NCBI GenBank assembly: GCA_963783305.1
Contig: CAWAMW010000015.1
Span: 320,001-384,000 of the forward strand
DNA from: an uncultured Gemmatimonadales bacterium
GTDB lineage: Bacteria; Gemmatimonadota; Gemmatimonadetes; Longimicrobiales; RSA9
Direction of reading: 5' to 3'
Length of the DNA stretch: 64,000 bases
Shown here: one piece after another, positions 10,097 through 22,400 of the stretch
How the letters are laid out: every line of letters begins with the position of its first letter
Position numbering within the stretch: position 1 is the stretch's first letter
Notes under the pieces: model-generated
What the model was told of the DNA's origin: nothing
Databases searched by the model: none
The model's input: only the letters and a program-made list of their open reading frames with translations
Made by a program: the position numbers and the translations under genes

Positions 10097-10320
10097 GTAC
10101 GCCTCTCCCGGGGCTCTCGATGGACCATGCATAGGACGCACACAAATGACTGCTTTCCCCGGGTTCTGTCCAGCGCACCCGCCGCGAGCCGGGGTCCCGC
10201 CTCCGGCGGCGGGGGGCGCACTGGCACAGCAGATCCCGCGCACGACCCTTGCCCCCGCGGGCCCGCCCGCATTACATAGGCTTCCGGATCCTCCCCCCTC
10301 CAGCCCTCAGAACACCACCC

Positions 10321-12981
10321 GTGACGCCACCCCCCTCCCTGGAGCCACGTGACGCGTTCCACGCGCGCCAGGCCGCGCTCCTGCGCCTCAGCACCGCCAT
10401 CGCCGCCGCGCGCGACGAGGACGACGTATGCCGGAGCGTGGTGGAGGGACTGAACGACCCGGCGCTGGGATACGACTTCCTCGGCATGTTCCTCGTGGAG
10501 CCGGAGACGGGGGACCGCGTGCTCCGGGCGAGCCTGGGCTGGGAGGGGGCGGAGCGCGGCATGCGGGTCCCGCCCGGGACGGGGATCTCGCAGCAGGCCA
10601 TGGAGGACCGGCAGCTCCACTACACGCCGCGGGTCTCCGAGGTCGCGTCTTACGTCATGACGCTGGGCACCGGCGCGGAGATCGACGTGCCTGTCCTCCA
10701 CGGCGACGAGCTCCTGGGCGTGCTGGTGGTGGAGAGCGATGAGCCGGACGCCTTCGACCGGGGCGATTTCGACGTGCTCACCGCGGCGGCGCAGCAGGCG
10801 GGGATCGCCATCGGCCGGGCTCGCCTTCTGGAGACGGAGCGGCGCCACGCCCGGGAGCACCGTGCGCTGCTGGAGACGCTGGGCGACCTGTCGGGCGAGC
10901 TGGAGCTGGCGAAGCTGCTGCAGCGTGTGCTGGAGCGTGCGGTCTCTCTGCTGGGTGTCACTGGCGGCGAGCTGGCGATCTACGAGCCCGACTCGGAAGA
11001 CCTGGTGATCGTCGCCAGCCACAACATCGGGAAGGACTCGACGGGGACGCGGATCCGGCCGGGCGAGGGGGCGATGGGGTGGGTGGCGGAGCGTCACGAG
11101 TCGCTGATCATCCCGAACTACCAGGAGTGGGACGGGCGGTCGGAGAAGTACAGCGAGACGACGGCCCGGGGCGTGATGGTGGTGCCGCTCCTGATCGGCT
11201 CGCGGCTGGTGGGGACGCTGGCGAGCGTGCACACGGAGGCGGACCGCACGTTCGACGAGAAGGACCTGCGGCTGCTGAACATGTTCGCGCCGCAGGCGGC
11301 GATCGCCATCGAGAACGCGCGGCTGTTCACCGCGGAGCACCAGCGGGCGAACGAGCAGCGTGCGCTGCTGGACACGCTGAGCGACCTGTCGAGCGAGCTG
11401 GAGCTGTCGAAGCTGCTGCAGGCGGTGCTGGAGCGGGCGGTAGCGCTGCTGGGCGTGACCGGCGGCGAGCTGGCGATCCACGACGAGGAGGCGGGCGAGG
11501 TGGTGATCGTGGCGAGCCACCACATCGGCGCCGACTCCACGGGCACCCGCATGGCGCTCGGGGAGGGGGCCATGGGCCAGGTCGCGCAGACGCACGAGCC
11601 GCTCATCATCCCGAACTACCAGGAGTGGCTGGGGCGGTCGGAGAAGTACGCCGAGACTACGGCCCGCGGCGTGATGGTGGTCCCGCTCCTGATCGGGACC
11701 CGGCTGGTGGGGACGCTGGCGAGCGTGCATACGGAGACCGACCGGACGTTCGGCGAAGCGGACCTGCGGCTGCTGAACCTGTTCGCTCCGCAGGCGGCCG
11801 TGGCCATCGAGAATGCCCGCCTGTACACGGAGGCGCAGCGGCAGCGGCGGTACTTCGAGGCGGTGGTTCAGAACAGCCCCGTGGCCATCGTGACGCTGGA
11901 CCTGGACGGCCGCATCGTGGAGCTGAACCCGGCGTTCGAGCGGCTCTTCGGCTACGACCGGGACGCCGCGCTGGACGCGAACCTCGACGACCTCATCAAC
12001 GACCCGGAGACGCTGGCGGAGGCCACCGACTACACCGTGGCGGCCGCGGCGGGGCAGCTCGCGCACGGCATCGGGAAGCGCCGCCGCAGCGATGGCAGCT
12101 ATCTGGACGTGGAGCTGGCGGGCGTACCGGTGGAGGTGGGCGGTGAGAGCGTCGGGATCGTCGCGCTCTACCACGACGTGACGGAGCTGCTGGCGGCGCG
12201 CCGGGATGCCGAGGAGGCGAACCGTGCCAAGAGCCAGTTCCTGGCGAACATGAGCCACGAGCTCCGCACGCCGTTGAACGCCATCATCGGCTACAGCGAG
12301 ATGATCGAAGAGGAGGCCGAGGAGGCGGGGCTGCGCGAGTTCGTCCCGGACCTGGGTCGGATCCAGGGCGCGGGCCGACACCTCCTGTCGCTGATCAACG
12401 ACATCCTCGACCTCTCCAAGATCGAGGCGGGGCGCACCGAGATCGTGACCGAGCGCGTGGACCTCGGGACGCTGGTCCGGGAGGTGGAGGATACGACCCG
12501 CCCGCTGGTGGCCCGGAACGGCAACACGCTGCAGGTCGCCATCGACCCGTCCATGAGACCGGTCGTCACCGACGCCATGAAGCTGCGACAGGTCCTGCTG
12601 AACCTGCTGTCGAACGCGTCCAAGTTCACCGAGCAGGGCACCATCCGGATGGACGTCGGGCCCGATCCACTCGATGGCGCCCACTTCCTGGTCCGCGTGG
12701 CGGATGACGGGATCGGCATGACCGAGGAGCAGATGGGTCGGCTGTTCGTGGCGTTCAGCCAGGCGGAGAACACCACATCCCGACGGTATGGCGGCACGGG
12801 ACTGGGGCTGGCCATCAGTCGCCGTTTCTGCATCCTCCTCGGCGGCGACCTGACCGTGGAGAGCGACCCCGGTCACGGCTCCGCGTTCACCGTCCGGCTG
12901 CCGTGCAACGCCGCACCGGTGGGCGCGGCGGCGGGCGCTGGGCCGGCTGCGGTGGTCCCGGGCGCACGGGAGGCCCCGTGA
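10321..12981 (+). CDS. Soluble sensor histidine kinase: 3 GAF, PAS, HisKA, HATPase
   Basis: GAF repeats ending [12 protein letters not shown]-box [40 protein letters not shown]; no receiver domain. Confidence 0.93.
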   Translation: MTPPPSLEPRDAFHARQAALLRLSTAIAAARDEDDVCRSVVEGLNDPALGYDFLGMFLVEPETGDRVLRASLGWEGAERGMRVPPGTGISQQAMEDRQLHYTPRVSEVASYVMTLGTGAEIDVPVLHGDELLGVLVVESDEPDAFDRGDFDVLTAAAQQAGIAIGRARLLETERRHAREHRALLETLGDLSGELELAKLLQRVLERAVSLLGVTGGELAIYEPDSEDLVIVASHNIGKDSTGTRIRPGEGAMGWVAERHESLIIPNYQEWDGRSEKYSETTARGVMVVPLLIGSRLVGTLASVHTEADRTFDEKDLRLLNMFAPQAAIAIENARLFTAEHQRANEQRALLDTLSDLSSELELSKLLQAVLERAVALLGVTGGELAIHDEEAGEVVIVASHHIGADSTGTRMALGEGAMGQVAQTHEPLIIPNYQEWLGRSEKYAETTARGVMVVPLLIGTRLVGTLASVHTETDRTFGEADLRLLNLFAPQAAVAIENARLYTEAQRQRRYFEAVVQNSPVAIVTLDLDGRIVELNPAFERLFGYDRDAALDANLDDLINDPETLAEATDYTVAAAAGQLAHGIGKRRRSDGSYLDVELAGVPVEVGGESVGIVALYHDVTELLAARRDAEEANRAKSQFLANMSHELRTPLNAIIGYSEMIEEEAEEAGLREFVPDLGRIQGAGRHLLSLINDILDLSKIEAGRTEIVTERVDLGTLVREVEDTTRPLVARNGNTLQVAIDPSMRPVVTDAMKLRQVLLNLLSNASKFTEQGTIRMDVGPDPLDGAHFLVRVADDGIGMTEEQMGRLFVAFSQAENTTSRRYGGTGLGLAISRRFCILLGGDLTVESDPGHGSAFTVRLPCNAAPVGAAAGAGPAAVVPGAREAP

Positions 12982-15900
12982 CGGGGGATGGGATGACCGG
13001 CGGCACCGGCAGCCGACAGTCGGCGCTCCTGCGCCTGAGCACGAACATCGCCGCGGCCCGGGACGAGGAGGCCGTGTACTCGGCGATCGTGGAGGGGCTC
13101 CGCGAGCCGGCCATCGGCTACGACTTTGTTTCCGTCCTGATGGTGGAGCCGGGCACGGGCGACCGTGTGCTGCGGGCCAGCGCCGGCTGGGAGGGGGGCC
13201 CGGACTCCTCCGGCGGCTATCGCCTGCGCCCTGGCGCGGGGCTGAGCGAGCGGGCGCTGCTGGACGGCGCGCTGCACTACACCGCCGACGTGGGCGTGGA
13301 GGAGCGGTTCGTGGCCGGCCCGATCCGCGGCTCCGAGCTCGACGTCCCGCTCCTGGTGGAGGGGAAGGTGGAGGGCGTGCTGGTGGTGGAGAGCGCGGAC
13401 ACCGACGCATTCGGCGCTGAGGACTTCGAGATCCTCACGGCGGCCGCGCAGCAGACGGGGATCGCCATCGGGCGGGCGCGGCTGCTGGAGGCCGAGCGCC
13501 GTCGGGCGGACGAGCAGAAGGCGCTCCTGGACACGCTCGCCGATGTCACGGGCGAGCTGGAGCTGTCGCGGCTCCTCCAGGCCATCCTGGAGCGGGCGGT
13601 GCGCCTGCTGGGTGTGAGCGGCGGCGAGCTCGCGCTGGTAGACCACGAGTCGGGCGAGCTGGAGATCGCCGCCAGCCACCGGATGGGGACCGACGCCGTC
13701 GGCACGCGCATGGCGCGCGGCGAAGGGGCCATGGGCCGGGTCGCCGAGACGCGCGAGTCGCTGATCATCCACGATTACCAGGAGTGGGCGCAGCGGTCAT
13801 CGAAGTACACCCAGGACGTGGTCCAGTCGGTGATGGCGGTCCCGCTCCTGGCGGGCGGCGCGCTCGTGGGCGTGATCGCGGTCGTGCACCGGGCTCGCGA
13901 CTACTCCTTCGAGCCCGCGGACCAGCGCCTGCTGGACCTGTTCGCCCGCCAGGCCGCCATCGCCGTGGCGAACGCGCGGCTCTACGCCGCCGAGCACTGG
14001 CGTGCCGAAGAGCTGGCGGCCGTGCTGGACACCATGGCCGACCTGGCGGGCGAGCTGGAGCTCGAGGTGGTGCTCCAGACGCTGCTCGAACGCGCCGTCC
14101 GGCTCCTGGCGGTGACCGGTGGCGAGCTGGCCATGCTGGACGAGCGCACGGGGGAGCTCGTGATCGCCGCCAGCCATCAGATGGGTGTGGATGCGGTGGG
14201 CACGCGGATGGCGCCCGGCGAGGGGGCCATGGGCCGGGTGGCGCACGCCCGGGAGCCGCTCACGATCCCGCACTACCAGGAATGGGAGCACCGCTCCGAC
14301 AGCTACACGAGCGGCACCGTCCAGACCGTGATCGCCGCACCGCTCATGATCGGGACCCGGCTCGTTGGCGTCATCGCCGCCGTGCACTCGGACCCCGGGC
14401 GGGCGTTCGGCTCGGAGGACATGCGGCGGCTGAACCTGTTCGCACCGCAGGCCGCGGTGGCCATCGAGAACGCGCGGCTCTTCACCGCGGAGCGGACGCG
14501 GGCGGAGGAGCAGCGGGCGCTGCTCGATACGCTCCAGGACCTGTCGCGGCAGCTGGAGCTCTCGGTCGTGCTCCAGAAGGTCCTGGAGCGGGCGTCCGCG
14601 CTGCTGGACGCCACCGGCGGTGAGCTGGCCATTTACGACGAGGAGGCGAACGACCTGGAGATCGTCGCGAGCCACAACATGGGCGCGAACGCGGTGGGCA
14701 GCCGCATGGCCATGGGCGAGGGAGGGATGGGGAGGGCGGCGGAGACGGGTGAGCCGCTGGTGGTGGGGCAGTACCAGGAGTGGGAGCACCGTGCGGTGAA
14801 GTACGGTGGCGTGCATACGGCGATGGCCGCACCGCTGACGATTGGAGGGCGGCTGGTGGGCGTCATCGCCATCATCCACTCGAGCCCGGAGCGTACGTTC
14901 GAGGAGGAGGACCTTCGGCTGCTGGAGCTGTTCGCGCCGCAGGCGGCCATCGCCATCGAGAACGCCCGGCTCCTGGACGAGGCCGAGCGCGCGAATCACG
15001 CCAAGAGCCAGTTCCTGGCGAACATGAGCCATGAGCTGCGTACGCCGCTGAACGCCATCATCGGCTACAGCGAGATGCTCCAGGAGGAGGCGGCGGAGGA
15101 CGGCAACGACGGCTATGTCCCCGACCTGACGAAGATCCACTCGGCCGGCCGTCACCTGCTCGCCCTCATCAACGATATCCTGGACCTGTCGAAGATCGAG
15201 GCCGGGAAGACCGAGCTGTTCCTGGAGCGCTTCCTCATCCGGGAGCTGCTGAAGGACGTGGAGGCCACGGCCGCGCCGCTCATCGCGAAGAACGGGAACC
15301 GCCTCGAGGTGGCGGTGGGTGCAGAGCTCGGCAGCATGACAGCCGACGTGACCAAGACTCGCCAGATTCTGCTCAACCTCCTCTCCAACGCGGCGAAGTT
15401 CACGGAGAACGGGCTGATCCGCCTCAGCGCCCGCTGCGACCCCGCCGATCCGTACGCCGCGCTGATCACGGTGACCGACGAGGGGATCGGGATGACGGAG
15501 GAGCAGCTGGGGCGCCTCTTCACCGCGTTCGGACAGGCGGAGGCGTCCACCAGCAAGAAGTACGGCGGGACGGGCCTCGGCCTGGTGATCAGCCGCCATT
15601 TCGCGCGGATGATGGGTGGCGACATCCTCGTGGAGAGCGAAGCGGGTAAGGGCACCGCATTCACCGTTCGGCTCCCGCTCGTATCGCGGCAGGGGGCGCA
15701 GGTGCGCAGGTCCGATCCGGTGGTCGAAGACCCGGTGGGCTCCGGCGCCGCCGGCACGGTGCTGATCATCGACGACGATCTCACGGTGCACGACCTCCTG
15801 CGACGCAGCCTGTCCCGCGAGGGATACAAGGTGGAGAGTGCGGAGGACGGCCCCGGTGGGCTGCTGCGCGCGCGGGAGCTCCACCCCGACGTGATCCTGC

Positions 15901-16490
15901 TGGACGTCCTCATGCCGGGCGTGGACGGCTGGTCCGTGCTCGCCTCGCTCAAGGAGGACCCGGAGCTCCGGGAGATCCCCGTGGTGATGATCTCCATGCT
16001 GGACGACCGGCGTCTGGGCTTTGCCCTGGGGGCCACCGACTACATGACCAAGCCGGTGGACCCGACCCGACTCGTGGCCGTGCTCCGACGCCTCTGCCCC
16101 GAGCGGAACGGCGTGATCCTGGTGGTCGACGACGACCCGGCCGTCCGGGACCGACTCACCCGGATGATCCGGGACGGCGGCTGGGTGGCCGCGGAGGCGG
16201 AGAACGGGAGAGTCGCCCTCGACATGCTGGGCGATCTCCAACCGGACCTCATCCTCCTCGACCTGCTCATGCCGGAGCTCGATGGGTTCGGCTTCATCGA
16301 CGCGCTCCGGGAGCTCCGGCCGGCGTTGGACGTCCCCGTCGTCGTCCTGACCGCCAAGGATCTGACGGGCGAGGACCGGAAACGGCTCAACGGTGGCGTG
16401 CATCACGTCATCGCGAAGGGCAGCGCGGACGCCAAGGAGCTGGCGGGGCAGCTGCGCAGGGCCGTGGGGCGGAAAGGAGCGCGGCGCTGA
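12978..16490 (+). CDS. Hybrid histidine kinase: 4 GAF, HisKA, HATPase, 2 REC
   Basis: GTGA overlap with the previous stop; four GAF units; H-box; receivers ILLDVLMP and ILLDLLMP. Confidence 0.93.
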   Translation: MTGDGMTGGTGSRQSALLRLSTNIAAARDEEAVYSAIVEGLREPAIGYDFVSVLMVEPGTGDRVLRASAGWEGGPDSSGGYRLRPGAGLSERALLDGALHYTADVGVEERFVAGPIRGSELDVPLLVEGKVEGVLVVESADTDAFGAEDFEILTAAAQQTGIAIGRARLLEAERRRADEQKALLDTLADVTGELELSRLLQAILERAVRLLGVSGGELALVDHESGELEIAASHRMGTDAVGTRMARGEGAMGRVAETRESLIIHDYQEWAQRSSKYTQDVVQSVMAVPLLAGGALVGVIAVVHRARDYSFEPADQRLLDLFARQAAIAVANARLYAAEHWRAEELAAVLDTMADLAGELELEVVLQTLLERAVRLLAVTGGELAMLDERTGELVIAASHQMGVDAVGTRMAPGEGAMGRVAHAREPLTIPHYQEWEHRSDSYTSGTVQTVIAAPLMIGTRLVGVIAAVHSDPGRAFGSEDMRRLNLFAPQAAVAIENARLFTAERTRAEEQRALLDTLQDLSRQLELSVVLQKVLERASALLDATGGELAIYDEEANDLEIVASHNMGANAVGSRMAMGEGGMGRAAETGEPLVVGQYQEWEHRAVKYGGVHTAMAAPLTIGGRLVGVIAIIHSSPERTFEEEDLRLLELFAPQAAIAIENARLLDEAERANHAKSQFLANMSHELRTPLNAIIGYSEMLQEEAAEDGNDGYVPDLTKIHSAGRHLLALINDILDLSKIEAGKTELFLERFLIRELLKDVEATAAPLIAKNGNRLEVAVGAELGSMTADVTKTRQILLNLLSNAAKFTENGLIRLSARCDPADPYAALITVTDEGIGMTEEQLGRLFTAFGQAEASTSKKYGGTGLGLVISRHFARMMGGDILVESEAGKGTAFTVRLPLVSRQGAQVRRSDPVVEDPVGSGAAGTVLIIDDDLTVHDLLRRSLSREGYKVESAEDGPGGLLRARELHPDVILLDVLMPGVDGWSVLASLKEDPELREIPVVMISMLDDRRLGFALGATDYMTKPVDPTRLVAVLRRLCPERNGVILVVDDDPAVRDRLTRMIRDGGWVAAEAENGRVALDMLGDLQPDLILLDLLMPELDGFGFIDALRELRPALDVPVVVLTAKDLTGEDRKRLNGGVHHVIAKGSADAKELAGQLRRAVGRKGARR

Positions 16491-19438
16491 TGGCGGAGCA
16501 CCCCACCGTCGCCACCGCGTCCGCGGGAGAGCGCCGACAGTCGGCGCTGCTCCGGCTCAGCACCGGCATCGCCGTGGCCCACGACGAGGCCGAGATCTGC
16601 CACGGCGTGGTGGACGGGCTCCGGGATGACGCCCTCGGCTACAATTTCGTCGGCGTCTTCCTCCTGGATGAGGCCACGGACGAGCGCGTGCTCCGGGCGA
16701 GCGTGGGGTGGAGCGACATCCCACCCGACCTCCGGCTCCCGGCGACCTCCGGCATCTCCGGCCGCGCCCTGGCCGATGGGCGGCTCCACTTCACCCCTCG
16801 CGTAGCCGAGGACCCCGAGTACGTGCCCGGGCTCGGCACCGGCTCCGAGGTGGACGTCCCGATCCTCGACGGCGACCGGCCCATGGGCGTGCTGGTGGTG
16901 GAGAGCGCGAGCCCCGACGCGTTCGGCCCCGACGACTTCGAGATCCTCACCGCCGCCGCGCAGCACGCGGGGATCGCCCTCGGCCGGATCCGGCTCCTGG
17001 CAGCGGAGCGTCGTCGGGCGGACGAGCAGGAGGCGCTGCTGGCCACCATCGCCGACCTCTCCGCCGAGCTGGAGCTCTCCCCGCTGCTGGACGCGGTGCT
17101 GGAGCGGTCGGTGAAGATCCTGGACGCGGCCGGCGGGGAGCTCGCCACGTACGACGAGGCGACCGCGGAGCTCGAGGTGGTGTCCAACCACAACATGAGC
17201 GAGAGCTCGCTGGGCGCCCGGATCGCGCTGGGCGAGGGGGCCATGGGCCACGTGGTGAGGACCGGTGAGATGATGATCATCCCCGACTACCGGGAGTGGC
17301 CCGGTCGCTCGGAGCAGTACACGCGGATCGATGCCCGGGCCGTCGTGGTTGCACCGCTCCGGATCGGCGGTCGGCCCGTGGGCGCCATCAACGTCTGGTA
17401 CGAGGACCCGGAGCGGGGCTTCTCCGCTGCGGACCTCCGGCTCCTGGACCTCTTCGGCCAGCAGGCGGGCATCGCCATCCAGAACGCGCGGCTCTACGAC
17501 AATGCGCTGCGGGAGCGGCATTACCTGGCGTCGGTCATGAGCAACAGCCCCGTGGCCATCGTAACGCTCGACCTGGAGGAGAACATCGTCGCGGCGAACC
17601 CTGCGTTCGAGCGGCTGTTCGGCTACCGTCTCGAGGACGTGGTGGGCGGCAATCTGGACGAGCTGATCACCACCGAAGAGCAGCGGGCGGAGGCCGTGGC
17701 CTACACCCGTGAGGCCCGGCACACGCAGGCCCGCGGGATGGTGGAGCGGTGCCGGAAGGATGGCAGCATCGTCGAGGTGGAGCTGCTGGCCGTGCGCGTG
17801 GAGGCCGAGGGCGAGCCGGTGGGGATGATGGCCCTCTACCATGACGTATCGGAGCTGCTCCAGGCGCGTCGTGATGCGGAGGATGCCAACCAGGCCAAGA
17901 GCCAGTTCCTGGCCAACATGAGTCACGAGCTGAGGACGCCGCTGAACGCCATCATCGGCTACAGCGAAATGCTCCAGGAGGACGTGGTGGAGGTGGACCG
18001 GGACGAGTTCGTGCCGGACCTCCAGAAGATCCACTCCGCGGGGCACCACCTGCTCTCCCTCATCAACGATATCCTCGACCTGTCGAAGATCGAGGCCGGG
18101 AAGACCGAGCTATTCCTGGAGCGCTTCGAGCTGCCGGAGCTGCTGGACGAGGTGGCCGCCACCGCCCGGCCCCTCGTGCGGAACAACGGGAACCGACTCG
18201 ACGTGGAGGTGGCCAATGGCGTCGGCGCCATGACCGCCGACGTGACCAAGGTCCGGCAGATCCTGCTGAACCTGCTCTCCAACGCCTCCAAGTTCACCGA
18301 GGACGGTCGCATCACGCTCTCGGTACGACCCGACGCCGGCGCCGACCCGGCCGCGGTGCTCATCGGCGTCCGGGACGAGGGGATCGGGATGACCGAGGAG
18401 CAGATGGGCCGGCTGTTCACCGCGTTCGGGCAGGCGGAGGCGTCCACGAGCCGCGATTACGGCGGCACCGGTCTCGGGCTCGTGATCAGTCGGCACTTCG
18501 CCCGGATGATGGGTGGCGATCTCGGCGTCGAGAGCGAGCACGGCGTGGGCACCACCTTTACCGTGCGCCTGCCCCTCGTGACACAGCCGACCGCGGACGA
18601 GGCCGGTGCGGATCCGGTCGTGGACGCGGCATCGGACGCGGCGTCGGCGCAGGCGTCAGGCCAGGCGGCGGGCTCGGGCGCGTCGGGGACGGTGCTGGTC
18701 ATCGACGACGACCCGAACGTCCACGACCTCCTGCGGCGGTCTCTGCCCCGGGAGGGGTTCCGCGTGGAGAGTGCCACTGATGGCGCGAGCGGGATCGAGC
18801 GTGCTCGGGAGCTGATGCCGGACGTGATCCTGCTGGATGTGCTCATGCCGGGGCTGGACGGCTGGTCGGTGCTCACACTGCTGAAGGAGGACCCGGATCT
18901 GAGCGGGATCCCGGTGGTCATGATCAGCATGATCGACGACCGCCGGCTGGGCTTCGCGCTGGGCGCCACCGACTACCTCACCAAGCCGGTACAGTCGCCG
19001 CGACTCCTGGGCATCCTCCGCCGCCTGTGCCCCACATCCGATGGCACCGTCCTGATCGTTGACGACGACCGGGACGCCCGCGACCGCCTCGCCCGCACGA
19101 TCCGCGAGGCCGGCTGGAGCACGGAGGAGGCGGGGAACGGGGTGGAGGCGCTGGCGCGCCTCGACCAGGGCGACCCCGACCTCATCCTGCTCGACCTCGT
19201 GATGCCCGAGATGGACGGGTTCGCCTTCCTGGACGCGCTCCGGGCCCGGAAGGAGGGCGCGCATCCCGCCGTGGTGGTGCTGACGGCGAAGGACCTGACG
19301 CCCGGAGAGCGGCGGCGGTTGAACGGCGGCGTGCAGCAGGTCCTCCAGAAGGACGGCGCCGAGGCCCGCGACCTGGCCGGCCAGATCCGCGCGGTTCTCG
19401 AGCGACCGCGGGACGAGCCGGGGGGGGTGCGCGGATGA
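16490..19438 (+). CDS. Hybrid histidine kinase: 2 GAF, PAS, HisKA, HATPase, 2 REC
   Basis: TGATG overlap with the previous gene; H, N and G boxes; two receiver domains. Confidence 0.93.
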   Translation: MAEHPTVATASAGERRQSALLRLSTGIAVAHDEAEICHGVVDGLRDDALGYNFVGVFLLDEATDERVLRASVGWSDIPPDLRLPATSGISGRALADGRLHFTPRVAEDPEYVPGLGTGSEVDVPILDGDRPMGVLVVESASPDAFGPDDFEILTAAAQHAGIALGRIRLLAAERRRADEQEALLATIADLSAELELSPLLDAVLERSVKILDAAGGELATYDEATAELEVVSNHNMSESSLGARIALGEGAMGHVVRTGEMMIIPDYREWPGRSEQYTRIDARAVVVAPLRIGGRPVGAINVWYEDPERGFSAADLRLLDLFGQQAGIAIQNARLYDNALRERHYLASVMSNSPVAIVTLDLEENIVAANPAFERLFGYRLEDVVGGNLDELITTEEQRAEAVAYTREARHTQARGMVERCRKDGSIVEVELLAVRVEAEGEPVGMMALYHDVSELLQARRDAEDANQAKSQFLANMSHELRTPLNAIIGYSEMLQEDVVEVDRDEFVPDLQKIHSAGHHLLSLINDILDLSKIEAGKTELFLERFELPELLDEVAATARPLVRNNGNRLDVEVANGVGAMTADVTKVRQILLNLLSNASKFTEDGRITLSVRPDAGADPAAVLIGVRDEGIGMTEEQMGRLFTAFGQAEASTSRDYGGTGLGLVISRHFARMMGGDLGVESEHGVGTTFTVRLPLVTQPTADEAGADPVVDAASDAASAQASGQAAGSGASGTVLVIDDDPNVHDLLRRSLPREGFRVESATDGASGIERARELMPDVILLDVLMPGLDGWSVLTLLKEDPDLSGIPVVMISMIDDRRLGFALGATDYLTKPVQSPRLLGILRRLCPTSDGTVLIVDDDRDARDRLARTIREAGWSTEEAGNGVEALARLDQGDPDLILLDLVMPEMDGFAFLDALRARKEGAHPAVVVLTAKDLTPGERRRLNGGVQQVLQKDGAEARDLAGQIRAVLERPRDEPGGVRG

Positions 19439-22400
19439 CGGGCGTGGTGGAGCCGGGACTCCGACGGGACGCGGCCACCGAGATCGTGGCGCTGCGGTCG
19501 GCACTGCTCCGACTCAGCACGAGGATCGCCGAAGCGAAGAGCGAGGACGAGGTCTGCCGCGCCGTGGTGGAAGGTCTCCACCTGGCCACCTTCCATTTCG
19601 ACGCCGTGGGCCTCTACCTGGCCGGCACGTCGACATTCGACCCCCAGCTCCGGGCGGCGGCCGGCGAGCTGAAGGGCGACGTCGACGATCGGTCGCAGCT
19701 CCGGCTCCCGCTCCGCATGGACCACAGCACGATCGGCGAGCTCGTGGTGGAGCGGGCCAGCGCGCAGGCGTTCGACCAGGGGGACCTGGAGATCCTCGCG
19801 GCCGCGGCGAGCCAGGCAAGCATCGCCATCGGGAGGGCCCGGCTCCTGAATGCGGAGCGGCAGCGGGCCTCCGAGCAGCGGGCGCTGCTGGACACGCTGT
19901 CGGATCTGTCCGGGAAGCTCGATCTCGACCGGGTCCTTCGGGCCGTGCTGGAGCGGGCGGTGCCACTGCTCGGTGTGACGGGCGGGGAGCTGGCCGTGTT
20001 CGACGAAGCGGCCGGTGACCTCCTCGTGATGGCAAGCCTCAACCTGGGGGAGGACTCGACCGGAAAGAGGATGGCGCTGGGCGAAGGGGCCATGGGTCGT
20101 GTGGCCGAAACACATGAGCCCATCATCATCCCGAACTACCAGAAATGGATCGGGCGGTCCGGGCAGTACTCGCAGTCCGTGGTCCAGGCGGTGATGGTGG
20201 CGCCGCTCCTCATCGAGGACCGGCTGGTGGGCGCGATCGCCAGCGTTCACTCCGACCCGCAGCACGAGTTCGGCGAGTCCGACCTGCGACTGCTGAACCT
20301 GTTCGCATCGCAGGCGGCCATCGCCATCGAGAACGCTCGTCTCTACACCGGCGAGCTGAAGCGGGCGGAGGAGCAGCGGGCGCTGCTGGACACGCTCCGG
20401 GCCCTGTCCGGGGAGCTGGAGGTGGGGCGGGTGCTGCAGGCGGTGCTGGAGCGGGCCGTGCGACTCCTGGGCGTCACGGGCGGCGAGCTCGCCATCTACG
20501 ACGAGTCGGCCCACGACATGGTCATCGCCGCCAGCAAGAACATGCCGGTGGACTCCATCGATACGCGGATGAACGTCGGTGAGGGAGCCATGGGCCATGT
20601 GGCCCAGACAAGGGACCCGCTGATCATCCCCCGCTACCAGGAATGGTCGGGCCGCTCCATGAAGTACGCGGACGACCAGGTCCAGACGGTGCTGGCGGCG
20701 CCGCTCCTGATCGGCGAGCGCCTGGTGGGTGTGATCGCCATCATCGATTCGAGCCCCAGCCGTACGTTCGGTCAGGAGGAGCTCCGCCTGATCGAGCTGT
20801 TTGCGCCCCAGGCCGCGGTGGCCATTGAGAATGCCCGGCTGTTCGAGGCGGAGCACCGGCGCGCAGAGGAGCAGCGGGCGCTGCTCGAGACCATGCGCGA
20901 CATGGTCGCGGACCTGGCCCTGGAGCCGGTGCTCCAGGCCGTGCTGGAACGGGCGGTGAGCCTGCTGGGCGTTACGGGCGGAGAGCTGGCGACCTACGAC
21001 GACTCGAGGGACGACCTCCTGGTCGTGGCGAGTCACGGGATGGACCACAACGCGGTGGGGACCCGGCTCGCCCTGGACACGGGAGTGATGGGGCACGTGG
21101 CCCGGAGTGGTGAGCCGCTCATCGTCCCCGACTACCAGGAGTGGGCCAGTCGATCCGCCACCTACGAGCAGTCGAGCGTGCAGGCGGTACTGGGGATCCC
21201 GCTCCTGGTGGGGACCCGGCTGGTGGGGGTGATCGCCGCGGTGCACTCGGACCCGGCCCGCGGATTCGGCCAGGCGGACGTAGAGCTGCTCAACCTGTTC
21301 GCGCCCCAGGCCGCCATCGCCATCGAGAACGCGCGGCTCTACGAGGCCGCGCAGCGGTACTACTCGGCGCTGGTGAGCAACAACCCGGTGGCGGTTGCGA
21401 ACCTCGACCTCGAGTTCCGGATCCAGTCGTGCAACCCGGCGTTCCTGAGCCTGTTCGGGTACGCGGACGAGGAGGAGGTGATCGGGGTGCACCTGGACAC
21501 GCTCGTGGCGGCGGAGCAGACGCGGTCCGACGCGGCCGAGTACACGCTCAAGACGCTGTCGGGCGAGGTGGTCCGCGGCGAGGGGGAGAGGCGTCGCAAG
21601 GACGGAAGCATGGTGGACGTGGAGCTGTACTCGATCCCGGTGCTCGTCAGTGGCGAGGCCGTGGGGTACATCGCCATGTACCACGACGTTTCGGAGCTCC
21701 GGCAGGCACGCAGGGAGGCGGAATCGGCGAACCAGTCGAAGAGCCAGTTCCTGGCCAACATGAGCCACGAGCTCCGAACGCCGCTGAACGCCATCATCGG
21801 CTACAGCGAGATGCTGCTGGAGGAGGCGGAGGAAGAGGGCCAGGAGCACCTCGGCTCGGACCTCCGGAAGATCTCCACCGCGGGGAAACACCTGCTGGCG
21901 CTGATCAACAACATCCTCGACCTGTCCAAGATCGAGGCGGGGAAGACGGAGCTCTACCTGGAGTCCTTCGAGCTCCCCGACCTGGTCCAGGAAGTGGAAT
22001 CGACGGTGGCCCCGCTCGTGGCGAAGAGCGGGAACACGCTCGAAGTGCAGGTGGACGAGGAGCTGGGGACGATGACGGGGGACGTGACGAAGATCCGCCA
22101 GATCCTTCTGAACCTGCTCTCCAACGCGGCCAAGTTCACCGATCACGGACGGATCCTGCTGTCGGCCGGGTACGATGAAGACCAGGTCGTCCTGCGGGTG
22201 ACGGACAGCGGGATCGGCATGACCGAGGAGCAGATGAGCGGGCTGTTCCAGGCGTTCAAGCAGGCCGAGGCGTCCACCACGAAGAAGTACGGGGGCACGG
22301 GGCTGGGACTCGTGATAAGCCGTCGCTTCGCCCGGCTGATGGGGGGCGACATCACCGCGAGCAGCACCCCCGGGTCGGGGACCACGTTCACCGTGCGTCT

